Source of the DNA: Callorhinchus milii
Lineage: Eukaryota
Length of the DNA stretch: 64,000 nucleotides
Assembly: GCF_018977255.1 (NCBI RefSeq)
Contig: NW_024704742.1
Span: 81,098,001 to 81,162,000 of the forward strand
Direction of reading: 5' to 3'
Below the pieces are notes generated by a model. It worked only from the letters and a program-made list of their open reading frames with translations. It was not told where the DNA came from and did no database searches. Made by a program: the position numbers and the translations under genes. Positions within the stretch are counted from its first letter, which is position 1. Each line of letters starts with the position of its first letter. Below, in pieces: positions 1 through 12,760 of the stretch.

Positions 1-2619
1 AATCTTGAGAAGCATCTTGTGCTGGTCATTGATTGTTTAAAGTAAGTAATCTGAGCTGTTTTATTTTAATTTGGTACTTGTAAATGTTTTATCTTTTTTT
101 TGACTGCTTGATGCTAAACATTTTAATACTTAAATTATTATGGCCTTTAAATTTTCCACCTTTTCAATTATTCCGTGGTTACAGCAGAGACAGGAGTCAA
201 AGCATTTCATTATTGTCCCAGCCTCTACACAGTAGAGTCTCCAGATTGGCATTGTGTGACCATCAACGACAACAAAGTTACATTTGTATAGCGCCTTTCA
301 TGTCTAGAGGTCGTCCCAAGGCGCTGACCGCTCACTCACTGGCAGCCTGTTTGTTGTCGTTAGTTGTGATCAGCACTAAAAGGAAATGAACAAATAATAA
401 TAATAATAAAAAGTTACAATGGGTGTCAGCCTGGCTCACTTTCCTTATTTCAGGAGTTTCAGTTACACTGACAAACAATCTTCCCAATAAAATTGTTCAT
501 TCATTTCATTTGCCTGTAAAGGTTACATTGGTCCACAAAACACACAGTCACTACACTTCACAGTGAATCCTGTGAAGTGCTTTTGAGATGTCCTCCTGAC
601 CTGAAAGGCACTATATGAAATGAAGGATTATTATTAATATTTTTAATGTTGTGTTTTTCGATAAGGAATGAAACCAACCTTATACCAATAAGCGCAGGTT
701 CATGTCTTTTTGTGACAGCAATAATATGTCAACCAGTTAAGAATGAGGGATATCTCATTGCACATGACTTCTTGGATGCAAGCATGGCTGCACGTGTCTG
801 GGTTCTGTTTGCAGTCACGGAGTGCGTGTGGGTTTGTGTTTGTGAGTGGTTAGCATTTTTAGTGTACCCATGGCAATATGAAGCAGCATCAGTTCAGCAC
901 AGCCAAAGTCCGGGGCTAGAAATTAATCCAGGGGCAGACATCAATAAAAGTATACAGGGAAGCCAAGCTGTGTTCCTGAAAAATTCCCTGTGAAAGTCGA
1001 AAATTTAAAGCTACAATGCCTATATTGTTGCAGCACGAGTGTTCAATAAAATATGTTACCTCCTTGCCAGGAGCATGTAATGCATTCCCAGAGGCATTTC
1101 AGCAGTTGGAAACACTTCAGTCTGCCCAACGGTCGACTCAAGCTTTTTCCTTATAAGGCAATTTAATTCCTGCACAGTAGAATGACAAGAAGCCAAAGTG
1201 TCAATTCTGCAAGCAATAGACCACGGCAGCCTTTGTCTCTACAGGGGCCCAGGTTTGTTGTCCAGACCTGACTCCCGGCCTTTGTCCATGAAGCAGATCA
1301 TATTTGTGACTGCACCGCAAGACCACAAAACTGTACAACAACAATTCAGAATGGTATCTTGTTGCCTGTGACTTCTCTCTTGCCATCCAAACTGTACTGT
1401 GTAAAGTACACAAGGGCTTGACAATTCATAAAGTCTAATAGTAATCATAATCATTGCATTTAATATAGCACCTTATAATTTCTGAGCTGTACACTTCTGA
1501 GTTTTCTGGAAAGTGTAGTGACTATGCATAAGCAAATGCAGCAGCTAATTTGCGCACAGCAATGTTCCACAAAAAAACATGAGCTGAATGATCAATATTT
1601 TTTTATCTGAGGATTGTTGATCAGGACTCCACGGTCACCCGAATTTTAACGTCCACCTGAACAGACAGGCAGGACCTTGGTTTAACATTTCATTCCTAGG
1701 ATGGGATCTCTGACAATGCAGCAAACCCACAGCACTACAATGACATTACACAGAGTGCATAGAAAGCCTTTGCTGAACCTTAAATTGTGTTCCACAAAGG
1801 GCTAATTCTTTTTAAAATCTGCTATTTATTGATGGTAGATGTCCTGAAGTGTAAGCTCGTCACTTTGTAATTCTCCAGATCAACGTAGCCCATGACTTCA
1901 TTAATTTATTTATTGCTGTTGTTTTTAACTATTTTCTAAAGCTATTGCTGTTTGCTGGTTAATGTCGTTGATTAAAATGTGCATTTAGGCAAAGTGGCAT
2001 TATCACAACTAAGGATTGTTCCTTTCTAACCTTTAAATCCTACATCCTACAGATTTGCAAAACCACCCAGAATATTTAAGAGTAAATATAATACAGTGGG
2101 GCCTTCTTTAGTCACAATCTTCAAATGTTACAAAATCATCTTATATTATGATATCGCAAGGCCATCTCACCGTAATCCTGCTGCATGCTGTGAAATTGGT
2201 TGAGTGCACTTATGCCCCATTGGACACAACCAGACCTACAATTACTTATGGTATTGCATCACAGCAAAATACCCAGCGATATGGATTTGTCATGACGATA
2301 GCAAAAATCTGACGATATAGACTATTATTGCCTTTGTACCATCACCGGGTGAAGGGGAATGAAATCCAGGACTTCTGTGGTACAAATCGAAGTTTCTCCC
2401 CACATTGTGGCCAACAAATCCTTTGATAAAATTGGTAACTCACTCTTGGCTTTTGTAGGACATTGCTGTGCACAAATTTGCCTACAAAATACAGTCACTT
2501 CATTTCACAGTAAATCCTGTGAAGCACTTTGAGACATCCTTCCAATGTAATAAAGCGATATAGCAAATGCAACCATAATTATTACATGAACTAACTGCCA
2601 GAGCTGGTTGTGATGCATA

Positions 2620-2965
2620 CACTACAGGAGCTTATCACAAGCACTCACCTTGCAAGCAAAAGGACTTGGATTTGATTACCAGGCAGGGTGAAATGTTTGG
2701 CAAGTTTCCTTACTCCACACACTTCTGTTTACCTAGCAGTAAGTAGGACCCCAGTTGTTAATAGATTGGTGGATCGCTTTTCCGGGGGTAATAATGCCTT
2801 AAAAAATAATAACAATTTAGTCACTCAATCCACAATTGTTTTGGGACACTGCTGTGGACAATTGGCTGCTGTGTTTCGCCGAAAAATAGTTATTTCACAT
2901 TGCAGTGTATTCTGTGAAGCATTTTGATAAGGCACTCTATCAAATGCAAGGATTATTTTTATTAC
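2620..2965 (+). mobile_element. tRNA-derived SINE, long subfamily (extra internal segment)
   Basis: Same head and tail as the short subfamily, plus internal ctgtttacctagcagtaagtagg...ttggtggatcgcttttccggggg. Related copies at ~14752-14930 (+), ~23225-23535 (-) and ~62195-62443 (-). Confidence 0.8.
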
Positions 2966-2993
2966 TGTAAACCTCATTTAACCCCAGCAGGAG

Positions 2994-5715
2994 CAACAAT
3001 TACAACAACAAAATTACAGTTGTAAAGCGCTTTTCATGTCGGGAGGACTTCCCAAGGCAGTGGGGTATCAGGACCCGAGAGTAGGTGAGGAATGGCAGAG
3101 AGGTAAGAGGGTGGCTGAAGGCACGGTCAAAAAGGAAGGTTTTAAGTCGTGCCTTGAATGGACAAGGGAGGGAGAATGGCGAAGGGAATATGGGATGGAG
3201 TTCCAGAGGGTAGGGGCAGAGAGGCTGAAAGCCCGGCTGCTGATGGTAGAGCGGGTCGGGCGGGAGACACGGAGCAGGCTGAACGGAGGGAGAGGACAGA
3301 TTGATAGTGGGTCAGCAGGTCAGAGGTATAGGAGGGGGCACGACCATGGAGGGCCTTGAAAATGAGGACAAGGAATTTGAATTCTATCCTCTGAGGGATG
3401 GGAGTCAGTGGAGCCGGGCGAGGGTGGGGGTGATGGAGTCACAGAGCCTGGTGCAGGAGTGGACACAAGCTGCAGAATTTCTGGATGATCTGCAGCTTGT
3501 GGAGGGAACAGTTAGAGAGGCTGACAAGGAGGGAGTTTCCGTAGTCGAGCCTTGAGGTGACAAATGCGTGTATGAGGGATGAGGCAGGGTGGAGTCGGGC
3601 AATGTTGCGTGGGTCATGGATATGGGAGAGAAAGAACAATTGAGGGTCAAACAAGATGCCCAGATTCCTGACTGGCCGGTGAGGTGGAGTGTGCATCTAT
3701 GGATTCTGATGCTGACAGTGCCTGAGGTGCGGAGGCTCTGGCACGAGCCAATCAGGAGAACCTCGGTCTTGCTGACATTCAGCTGTAGAAAGTTGGCTCT
3801 CATCCAGGACTTGATGTCTGACAGACAGTCTGTCAGGACGTCAGTTGTCCTGGAATTGAGGGTGGAGGCAGAGAGATAGAGTTGGGTGTCATCTGGGTAA
3901 CTGTGGAAGTTGACCCCATGTTTGCAGATGATGTCACTAAGGGGGAGTTTGTAGAGGTTGAAGAGGAGGAGACTGAGGACAGAGCCCTGAGGATCACCAT
4001 ACAAGACTGTGCGTTGGCTGGAAGAGAAAGTGTTGGTAAAGACACATTGGAGACGGTGTGAGAGATAAAACCTGAACTATTCAAGGACAGAACCTTGCAG
4101 GTTGAGGTGAGAGGAGAGGCAGTGGAGGAGGATAGAGTGGTCCACGGTATTGAAGGCAGCAGAGAGGTCAAGGAGGACGAGAGACAGAGGGAGCCTTGGT
4201 CACAGTTAGACAGAATGTCATTTGTGACCTTGACCAGAGCAATTTCCGCTCTGTGAGCAGCACAGAAATCCAATTGGCGGAGCTTGTGAAGGGAGTGGAA
4301 TGAGCAAAGCTGGGAAGCAATGAGTCTTTCAAGGAACTTGGAAAGAATAGCGAGGTTGGAGATGGGCTGGTAGTTAGAAGGGAGGGATGGGTCCAGGGAA
4401 GGTTTTTCAGGATAGGAGTGATTGTAGCTGTTTTTCGGGGATGGGAACCCTGCTGGATCATAGGAAGAGATTGATGGTGTCAGAGATTAGAGTGGTGAGG
4501 CGGTGAAGCTGGGAGGAAAGGAGAGGGGTGGGGATATAATCAAGGGAGCAGGTGTTGTGTTTCATGCTGGATATGGTGGTGAAAAGATTAGGGGAGACAG
4601 GTTCGAAGATTTGGAGAGAGTGATGGGTAGGGGTCAGACTGTGGGGGAGATGGGGAGGGGGTGGTGGTTGAGAAGGCGGAGGCAGCTGAACGGATCCCCT
4701 CAATTTCGGACTCGAGGAAATACAGCATCTTCTCACAGTCAGACTTTGTGGAGAGAATAGGTGAGGCATGGGAGGGTAGACGGAGGAGCTGATTGGTAGT
4801 GGAGAAAAGGAGCTCGGGGTTATCCTTCACCTCAAAAATTATCTTGAAGTAGAAGGACGATTTGGCAGAGGCAAGTGCAGAGCGGTACGTTTTCATGTGG
4901 ATCAGGCAGATCTGCTGGTGGACAGTTAGATCAGATTTGAGCCAGGTGTGTTCGGTGGCCCGCACCTGACCCTTGAGGGAGCAGAGGTGGCTGTTGTACC
5001 AGGGTGAACTTTGTGAGTAAGAGGTAGTTCGGGAAGTGAGGGGGTCAAGGACATCAAGATTGGTGGAGAGGGAGTTGTGGAGGAGAGTGAGCAAGGAGGA
5101 TAAATCAGTGTGGGACATAGGCCAGATGGAGAGGAGTTCAGATGATTCCAGGGCAGCAGAGAGGATTGCGGGTAGACTTTTTTCCCTGGGCGGTAGGAGA
5201 TGGAGGTGGGTTTGGTGGCGATGGGGAGAGAGATTGAGGAGTTAAAGGAGATGAAATGGTGATCGGAGATGGCTTTGCTGTGATTGTGATATCCAAGCCA
5301 TTGAGCCCCAAGTAATCAACAGGTCAAGTGGGTGGCCATGAACGTGAGTGGCAGAGTGGATGTGGAGAGAAAAGTTGTGAGAGGAGATGAGAAAGGTGAA
5401 GACCAAGGAAATAAAGCAGGAGGGGGTGAAGTGAAGGTTGAAGTCGCCGAGGATGAGGAGGCGGTCAGAACAGAGGCAGAGGGAAGCTAGGAGGGTGGAG
5501 ATGTCAGAGATGAAGGTGGGGGATGTTTTTGCAGGGGCAATAAATGAGGAGAATTTTGAAGGAAAGATTGGCGGGATGGTAGAGGGTAAGGTGCTTGAAT
5601 GAGGGGAATAAGCCAGAGGAGTAAGGGATAAAGCAAGTGAGGTCCTGGAGATGAAGGCCACACCACCGCCATGATGGTTGGGACATGGGCTACAGTGGGA
5701 GCAGTCACCCTTCTG
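2994..5715 (-). mobile_element. L2-clade LINE, 5'-truncated and frameshifted ORF2 (APE endonuclease + reverse transcriptase) with 3' UTR and (GTT)n tail
   Basis: ORF fragments carry endonuclease motifs (HHGGGVAFI, LILGDFNLH, THVHGHPLDL), SPWYN, RT motifs ([21 protein letters not shown]) and [24 protein letters not shown]. The tail appears as caacaa repeats at ~2995-3010. Confidence 0.93.
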
Positions 5716-5874
5716 ATCATTATTAGACTCAGCAGCAATAATAGAAACTTTGAAAGATGTAATTTTAAAATATTTAGCAGGTCCAATTCTCAGGTTCGAC
5801 AAAAGATTATCAGTCCTTGATACGTTCAATACATTTAACCAATATGGGTCCTATAAAAGTGCAAACATGTATAC

Positions 5875-6125
5875 CACAACAACAACAACAAATTATATTT
5901 GTGTACCACCTTTCACATCAGGAGGATGTCCCAAAGCAATGGATACAACAACAACAAGATTACATTTGTATAGCAACTTTCACATCGGGGAGGATAGTCA
6001 GGGATCTGCACCCGAGTTGGTGGTTGGGATCAGGAGGGGAGGAGGGTGGCGAGGGTAGGGGTAGGAGAGTGACCGAAGGCATGGTTGAAGAGGATGATCT
6101 TGAGACAGGCCTTGAAGGAGGACTG
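5875..6125 (-). mobile_element. Two tandem L2 3' ends
   Basis: Two successive (CAA)n-ttacatttgta...tttcacatc(a/g)ggaggat units at ~5876 and ~5945, followed by L2 3' UTR. Confidence 0.8.
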
Positions 6126-7176
6126 GTTCTTCTTATTACCTCACCTGAATTCTGGAATTTCCTACAGTCATAGTCTGAAAATGTTAAATCCTTGGGCACT
6201 TCTCGAAAAGAGAAAGGAGTTTCTTCTGGCCTCCTGGCCACCAGACCTCCAGATAAAAGTGCTCATTGACTTGAAGGATGTTTGTGGGACAATGCTATGT
6301 GCAAATTGAGTTTCATGTTTGCCTACAAATACACAGTCACCTCACTTTACAGTAAAATCCTGTGAAGCTCTTTGAGACATCTCGACAACATGATAAGGCG
6401 CAATATCAAATCCAGGACTGTTATTATTATGTGATATTTATTATATGATATTTATATTTTTCTCTTCAACCGTGCCTTCACCTCCCCTCTCGATTCTCTA
6501 CCCCCTCCTCGCTCCCTCCCTTCCCTCCCCTCACCCTGACCATTTCGCCCCTGCTCGGGTCCCAACACAACTGTTCAGCGCCTTGGGACATCCTCCCGAT
6601 GTGAAAGACGCTCTATAAATGCAATCTTGTTGTTGTTGTTGTATGTGCAATGGGCTTGAAGCCAGCAATAACATACTCTGTGGTGAAGCTGGGTAAGTCG
6701 AGTCTGTTCATTAAAATAGCCGGTGTACCCGCTCTATACAGTTGCGTGCCGCAAGTTCAACCTCACAGGCTTCTTGGAATTCATCATGAAGAATGACTTT
6801 GAGGGAGGGGGAAACAGCTCTTCGGGTCCATTTGATATGAAATCAATATGACATGGACTGCAATTTACACTCCATTGTGTTTTCATCCCTTCCCAAAATA
6901 CACAGGATACACTTTACAGCATCGCCTCTGAAGCGCTTTGAGATGTCTCGATAACGTGATGAGGCTCTATATCAAATGCAAGGATTATCGGCTTTGAAAC
7001 TCTTTCCCTCAATCCCTCCATCTTGCCCACGCCTTCCCCTCTTTTAGATCACGACTAAAGACCTTCCTCTGCGACAGTGCTTACAGTCACCTTCTCCCTC
7101 CCCCAGCTCGGCGTCAGGCTCTACCTCTGTTAAGGGCTCCAATACCCTGCCCGCGTGAAGATTGCTATGTAAATGT

Positions 7177-7656
7177 AGGGTGAAACCTTGGGAAAGTTTC
7201 CTTACTCCCATTGGTCATTTTCAATCCACGGTTGTTTGTGGGACATTGCTGTGCGCAATTGGCTGCCGCGTTTTGCCCACAAATATACGGTCAATTCACT
7301 TTACAGCATATTCTGTGAAGCACTTTGAGACGTCTAGAAGACGTGAAAAGCACTATATCAAATGCTAGGATTATTATTATTAAATACAAGTTGTTGTCTG
7401 GGCAAGTTTCCTTACTCCATACGCCTAATAATAATAATCCCTCCAAAACCAAAAACAATAATAAATTGGTCATTTTCAATCTACGACTGTTTGTGGGACA
7501 TTGCTGTGCGCAATTGGCTGCCGCGTTCGCCCACAAATATACAGTCAATTCACTTTACAGTGTGTTCTGTAAAGCGCTTTGGGACATCCTCCCGACGTGA
7601 AAAGCGCTATATCAAATGCAAGGATTATTATTATTATTATTATAATTATCATTATT
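7177..7656 (+). mobile_element. Two tandem 5'-truncated copies of the young SINE (7177-7382 and 7398-7656)
   Basis: Both start within ...ttgggcaagtttccttactcca and end in (att)n. Confidence 0.88.
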
Positions 7657-8494
7657 GTTTATTTAAGAAATGCCCACAAAGTAATCAGCGAATGCTATCA
7701 AAAACCATTAAGTACCTCTGAGCTTACTTTGCATTAGTGTTCAAGAAATTCCCCTTGGATGTTTAGTTTATGGCAGAAGTTGAAAAAGGCTGTGGTGCCT
7801 ATGAGATTTTTTCAATCCAGATTTATATTGATGTCAACAGTAGGAATTTGCTGTCCTTTTTTTAGTCTTTGGAAAGCAGCTCCTGATTCTGGCTGCATTG
7901 GAATAATCTGTTCTGTGAATTAATAGCAGATTTAGAGAGAAAAAAATAGTGCAGCCAGAAAAAGGACAGCCTGAATATTTTTGGTGTGCTTCCTAATATA
8001 TACATTCCATCCAAGTCAGTTCCCACCGTTTCTTCCTGTTCATGCACCAAACACACAGACACAAAGCCTATGGCTGCAGTCTTTCTCCCTGTCTGTCTAT
8101 CTCTCTCTCTCTTTCCTACCCACATGCAGGTTGCTACCACACAAACCACCCAATGCTGAGGCCCCTGCAGTAACCCTACTCTAGGAGGAGCGAAGCGCGA
8201 GAGGCATGTCAAAGTGAAAGAATGATAGACATGCCAGCTATCCCTCTGCTCAGCTCAGCTCCTTTTCACTGCACATACATGGCCCGTGACAGCAGCACAG
8301 AGAAAATGCAGTCACATTACAGCTGAGGCAGCCACTGATCTAGTGACTGAGATGAACCTGGCATAAGCTTTACAGTACATCTCACTGGCAGTGACACTCA
8401 GCACACACAGAGATAGAGATATCTCCCTCCTTTTCTAACTTTACCTGAACACTGTGTTTTTTGGTGATTGCCTTGTTCTGTATCCCTCTTTTAG

Positions 8495-8540
8495 GATGGC
8501 AGAGGCTGAACTTCAAAAGCAAAGACTCCAAGCCATAACC
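8495..8540 (+). CDS. PALM2: Paralemmin-2 (PALM2/PALM2-AKAP2) coding exon A, MAEAELQKQRLQAIT
   Basis: Pyrimidine tract plus ttttag acceptor ending at 8494; exon G-ATG-GCA-GAG...ATA-ACC with ATG at 8496; donor gtaagt at 8541. The peptide matches the PALM2 N-terminus as I recall it (MAEAELHKERLQAIA). Confidence 0.92.
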
Positions 8541-9360
8541 GTAAGTCAATTCTCTTTTTCCTCTACTCGGTTGCACAACTTTTTTTGTTCTTATTTTAAC
8601 TCTGGACCATGTGTTTTGTGCCTCCATGAGCTTCCTTTGAAAGAAGTCGACAGGGGTCTGAAGCCACTTTAATTGATTGTTTGATAGCCTCCAAGAATCT
8701 ATGTTAGTTCATTAATTGACTGAAACACACTGTTGCCTGGTGTGTTGAATGGATCCCTGTCACTACTTATTCTGAATCTTGTGTTGGTTCGGTTATTGCT
8801 GTTGATGCTACTCGCCCCCAAATGTGCTTTTTTAAAAAATAAAAATGATGATTATTATTTTTTCATCGTAATTTTTTCAATGTTACCCAGAGACGAGTCG
8901 TGAAGCAAAAACCCACCAGGTTTCAAAAGAAAGTTTCTCTTCTCTCTTCCCCCAAACACAAAACACCTCAAATGTCCCCATTTGACCAGCAGGACACACA
9001 CAGAGTGTCTGACCTGAGCTGGACGCCTGTATATGATTAAACTCAGAGCACTGGAAAGCTCCTGATAGAAGTCACAGAATCAAACTGTAGGGTCAGCCTC
9101 AGACTTAACCCTTTGGGTACACATCACCAGCTTTCACACTCAAAACACTGATTTTCAATGGTTCGGTGTAATAGAATCAAGGACCTATACCACACTGCCA
9201 GGATATTGCTTAACCCTCAGAAGACAAATGAACAATGTAAGATCACTTTTGTTTGACTATCATATGAATTCTGTGCAAAAAAAACCACACACACACCTCC
9301 CACTCCCAGCATTATCAGGCATATAGAGAGGAGTCAGAGAGACCCATTTCATTTACTTAA

Positions 9361-9666
9361 CCCTTTGGGTATGGAAAATTATTCTCGACAATTGAAAAAA
9401 AACATTCTCTTTCATTTATCTGCTATTCCGACTTATTTTATTGTGTTACAATTCAAATCCGTGCATGTTTCTGTGAAGTATAATTAAGAGGTTTACCGAA
9501 GAGTGTTGCTTAATTCACATTATTTGATCAAACCACTGGAATGCATGACATTTGTGATTCGAGCAAAGATATGCGAATGTTGTTACTCTAGTTTTATTTT
9601 GTGCTCTTGCTCCAATATTATGCAATTTTAGGTTTGAGTTCCTTAATCACATTGGCACTCAAAGGG
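9361..9666. mobile_element. Candidate piggyBac-type MITE
   Basis: TTAA at 9357-9360 and 9667-9670 flank the inverted ends ccctttgggta ... cactcaaaggg. Confidence 0.4.
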
Positions 9667-12269
9667 TTAAACTTTTCTGCAGTGGGCACTGTAGCTGTGC
9701 ACTGCACTTTAAGAGATATTTGTTCCCCAGCAGGGGCAGGGGAAATTAACAGACAAAGAAAGATTTTTTTTTGCAGTGTATTCGTCCACTAGAAGTTGTC
9801 TGAGTTTCTGTTTACAGACTTTTTGACTGCAAATTGTGAGACCATTGATTTCTTTCCCCTTTGGTTACCCATCTCTGCACCAAAACCCCCACTCACTGAC
9901 AGACTGTCAGTCTGCAAGAGCTTTCATGTGCTAGTTGGCTAACCGTTTGAGGAGTAATATTTACTCCTGCTGTCCGAAATGACAGCCCTAGCTCGTGAAC
10001 CAAAGGATTTGATAGCAGCGAGCACCAACTAGGAAAGACGCTGAAGGGAGCAGAAACAGTATTAATTTGGACTTGGCACTAATAGTTAAGGATACAGCCG
10101 GGAAATGCCTGTATCAGGGGAACACAAGAATGGCTTCATTTTGATCTGCATTCTGATTTGTTTGCACAGATGATTTTAATTTAACTGCAGCTACTTTGTC
10201 GGATTTATTTATCTTAATCCAGTGAGAACAGTTACACATGGGAGGAGCTTCTGGCCTGTCTGGGAATGCCTAATAATAGCTGCTGCCATGATTGAGGCGA
10301 GGAGTGTTAGGTGAAGAAAGGGGGAGGAAAGAGGGTGGCGGGGAGGCGTATTGCCTGCAAAACTGAAAGTCGACCAAATGTCCTAAAGCTTCAGCTGTGT
10401 GACATTTGCAGGCTGGTGAGCATGATATCCCTTGTCTTTTAAGAATGTAAGAATTCAGTTTCTAGGTCCAATGGTTTTCTGGAAAACAATCCAATTGGGG
10501 GCACAGAAAATTTGTTTAAAATGCAAATATGGAGGCAAAATTATGACATTTTTAGTCCAGGCTTCTTTTTGAATGAGTGTGCCGAAGCTGCCCTGCCAGA
10601 TGGCAGCTATTCTCCCTTTGTTAAGTGGAGTCTTTACACCCACAGAGGCTGCCTTCAACTCTGCTCTTCACCTGGATCAACTTCACTCATACTGTGTTCA
10701 AGTCAATAGTCTCTCTTACGAACATCGCTTCTGATTTGATAAATTCCTTCGTGAGTGTCATTTGTTAGTTGTGAAAAAGTACGCGCAAAAGCATGCATAC
10801 AGAGGGAATTACATGTGTCCTTAATATATATTTGATAATATGTCCTGGCCAACATACCCCCAAATATAATTGATCGTTCACTTCATGGTTGTTTGTGGGA
10901 CATTGCTGTATAACAAATAATCTGCATGATTGTCCACAAATACAGTTACAATACTGTACAATAATTCTTGTGAAGTGCTTTTGAGACTTTTTGATGATAT
11001 GATATGTTGTTATATCAAATGTAAGGATTATTATTGTTATAATCAGCCATTCTGTGAACTTTTTTAAGGGCCTTATGTTTCCTCTGGGTGCATGTATTCA
11101 AAGTTAGTTTATATTGTATGTGGTTAGCACACATCGATATTGTTCTTGTATTCAGTAATTATACAGTAAGCACTCTTAAGATGTTACCTCATGTGAAGGG
11201 TATTATATATATGCAAGTTCTTGTTGTGTAATTGATTTTATATTATTTAGATTTATTTGCTGATGCAAAATAGAGGGTCCATTTTCAAAAGCAACAAAAA
11301 TTGAGTGGTTGGGACGATATGAGAAATATAGTAGTTGTCAATGAATGGAAGAGATTTTCATCTGAAGTTTTGATCAGAATTAGAGCACCAATGACAGCTT
11401 CATAAATACAACAATCGTATTCAAGTGGAGCACAGATCTGAGGAAGGAGAGTTCCAAACTGTGGATCTTGGACAATTTAGTGAACTATCATAAACACCCA
11501 GAATAGAATCCTTCTTCCCAAGTTAAAGTCTTTAGCTATGTGTCATCTTGCATGGTTTTAATCACTGGTATTCAAAACAGATTTTATTGTTTAGTCAAAA
11601 TCACACTTTTAAATCAGTTAGGAAAATAAAACAAATCCTCGTTAATCTTAGAGTATGGAGAGAAATCAGGTTAGGATGTCCTATTCCTGATCATCATCCA
11701 CTGATTCCTACTGATGATCACCATCCACCGATTCCTACTGGCTGGTGCATGCTAACCCCAAGAGTGAATAACAACAACAACAAACTTACATTTGTATAGC
11801 GCCTTTCACGTCTGAGTTCATACATGAAGAATACGACTTCAATGATGCACTTACTCGAGGGCTCCTACATCCCGAAATGAAATCAGGACAGGAGAAAAAG
11901 GAAGGAAATAAGATAATTCCAAGAGATGCAGCACACTCCAAAATCATTGGGGACAACCTTGTCTCCATCCCCTGAATGCCTCTATGCAGTTGGTATGCAA
12001 ATCAATAAAGTCCCTTCAATGATGAACTGAAGTGTACACAGAAAGGAGAAATGGGAAACGGAGATTGAAATTCCTAGTGTTCAAAACCATGCAAGATGAC
12101 ACCATTTCCGGTTCATCCACCGCTGGCTGATGCAGCACAGTAAAGAGTTTGTGAAGTTAACAGTCCATTCGGAAATAAAATCTAGAATAGGTTCTATCCA
12201 GTGAATCTGTCTTGTGTCAATATTGCCCAAGTCCATTTTGGACTAAATTCTCAAGTCAGTTGAGTTCAG

Positions 12270-12760
12270 ATTTCCAGAAATCATACTGAAGCTGTACAGT
12301 GCTCTGGTAAAGCCACAGATAAGAGTACTGCATACAGTTCTGGTCGTCACAATATAAACGGGGTGCCTAGGCACTTGAGATGGTGCAGAGGAGAGCAACC
12401 AGGTTGATTCCCATTGTTAGAGGAAAGAGCTTTGAGCAACAATTGGTTTTTCATCAGATCTTGTGAAGACATGTACTTCCATCACAAAGGGTCTTTGCAG
12501 AAGGATCTTTGAGGAATGTGAACTAAACAGTTACAGCAAGGAATCACGCCATTCGGCTCAAATATTCCATGCTGGTGTTTATTCCACATGAGTCGCCACC
12601 CCTCCTATTCCCCTTTCTTATAAGCCATCTATTTCCTTCTCCCTCATGTGTGCATCAAGTTTCCTTTTAAATATGTCGGTGCTTTCAGGTTCAACTACAG
12701 CTTCCAGCAGTGCATTCCACATTCTCACCACCCGCTACGTGAAGAAGTTCCTCTTCTTCC
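12270..12760. mobile_element. CR1 fragments: ORF2 C-terminal piece (+, ~12270-12440) and 3' UTR (-, ~12530-12760)
   Basis: ctgtacagtgctctggtaaagccaca...cagttctggtc...gtgcagaggagagcaaccagg resembles LYxALVRPHLEY..QFWS..VQRRATR; the reversed UTR has gcattccacattctcaccaccc. Confidence 0.7.

Noticed and set aside
3036..5245. Plus-strand G/R/E-rich ORFs
   Set aside because: They are antisense frames of the L2 element.
7325..7721. Recurrent ORFs such as [18 protein letters not shown] and KRYIKCKDYYYY as a multigene peptide family
   Set aside because: They are translations of the SINE body and its (ATT)n tail.
8454..8672. 72-aa ORF as a complete gene
   Set aside because: Only MAEAELQKQRLQAIT is exonic; the rest is read-through across splice sites.
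11688..11741. 27-bp tandem duplication (tgatcatcatccactgattcctactg twice)
   Set aside because: A simple local duplication with no evidence of function.
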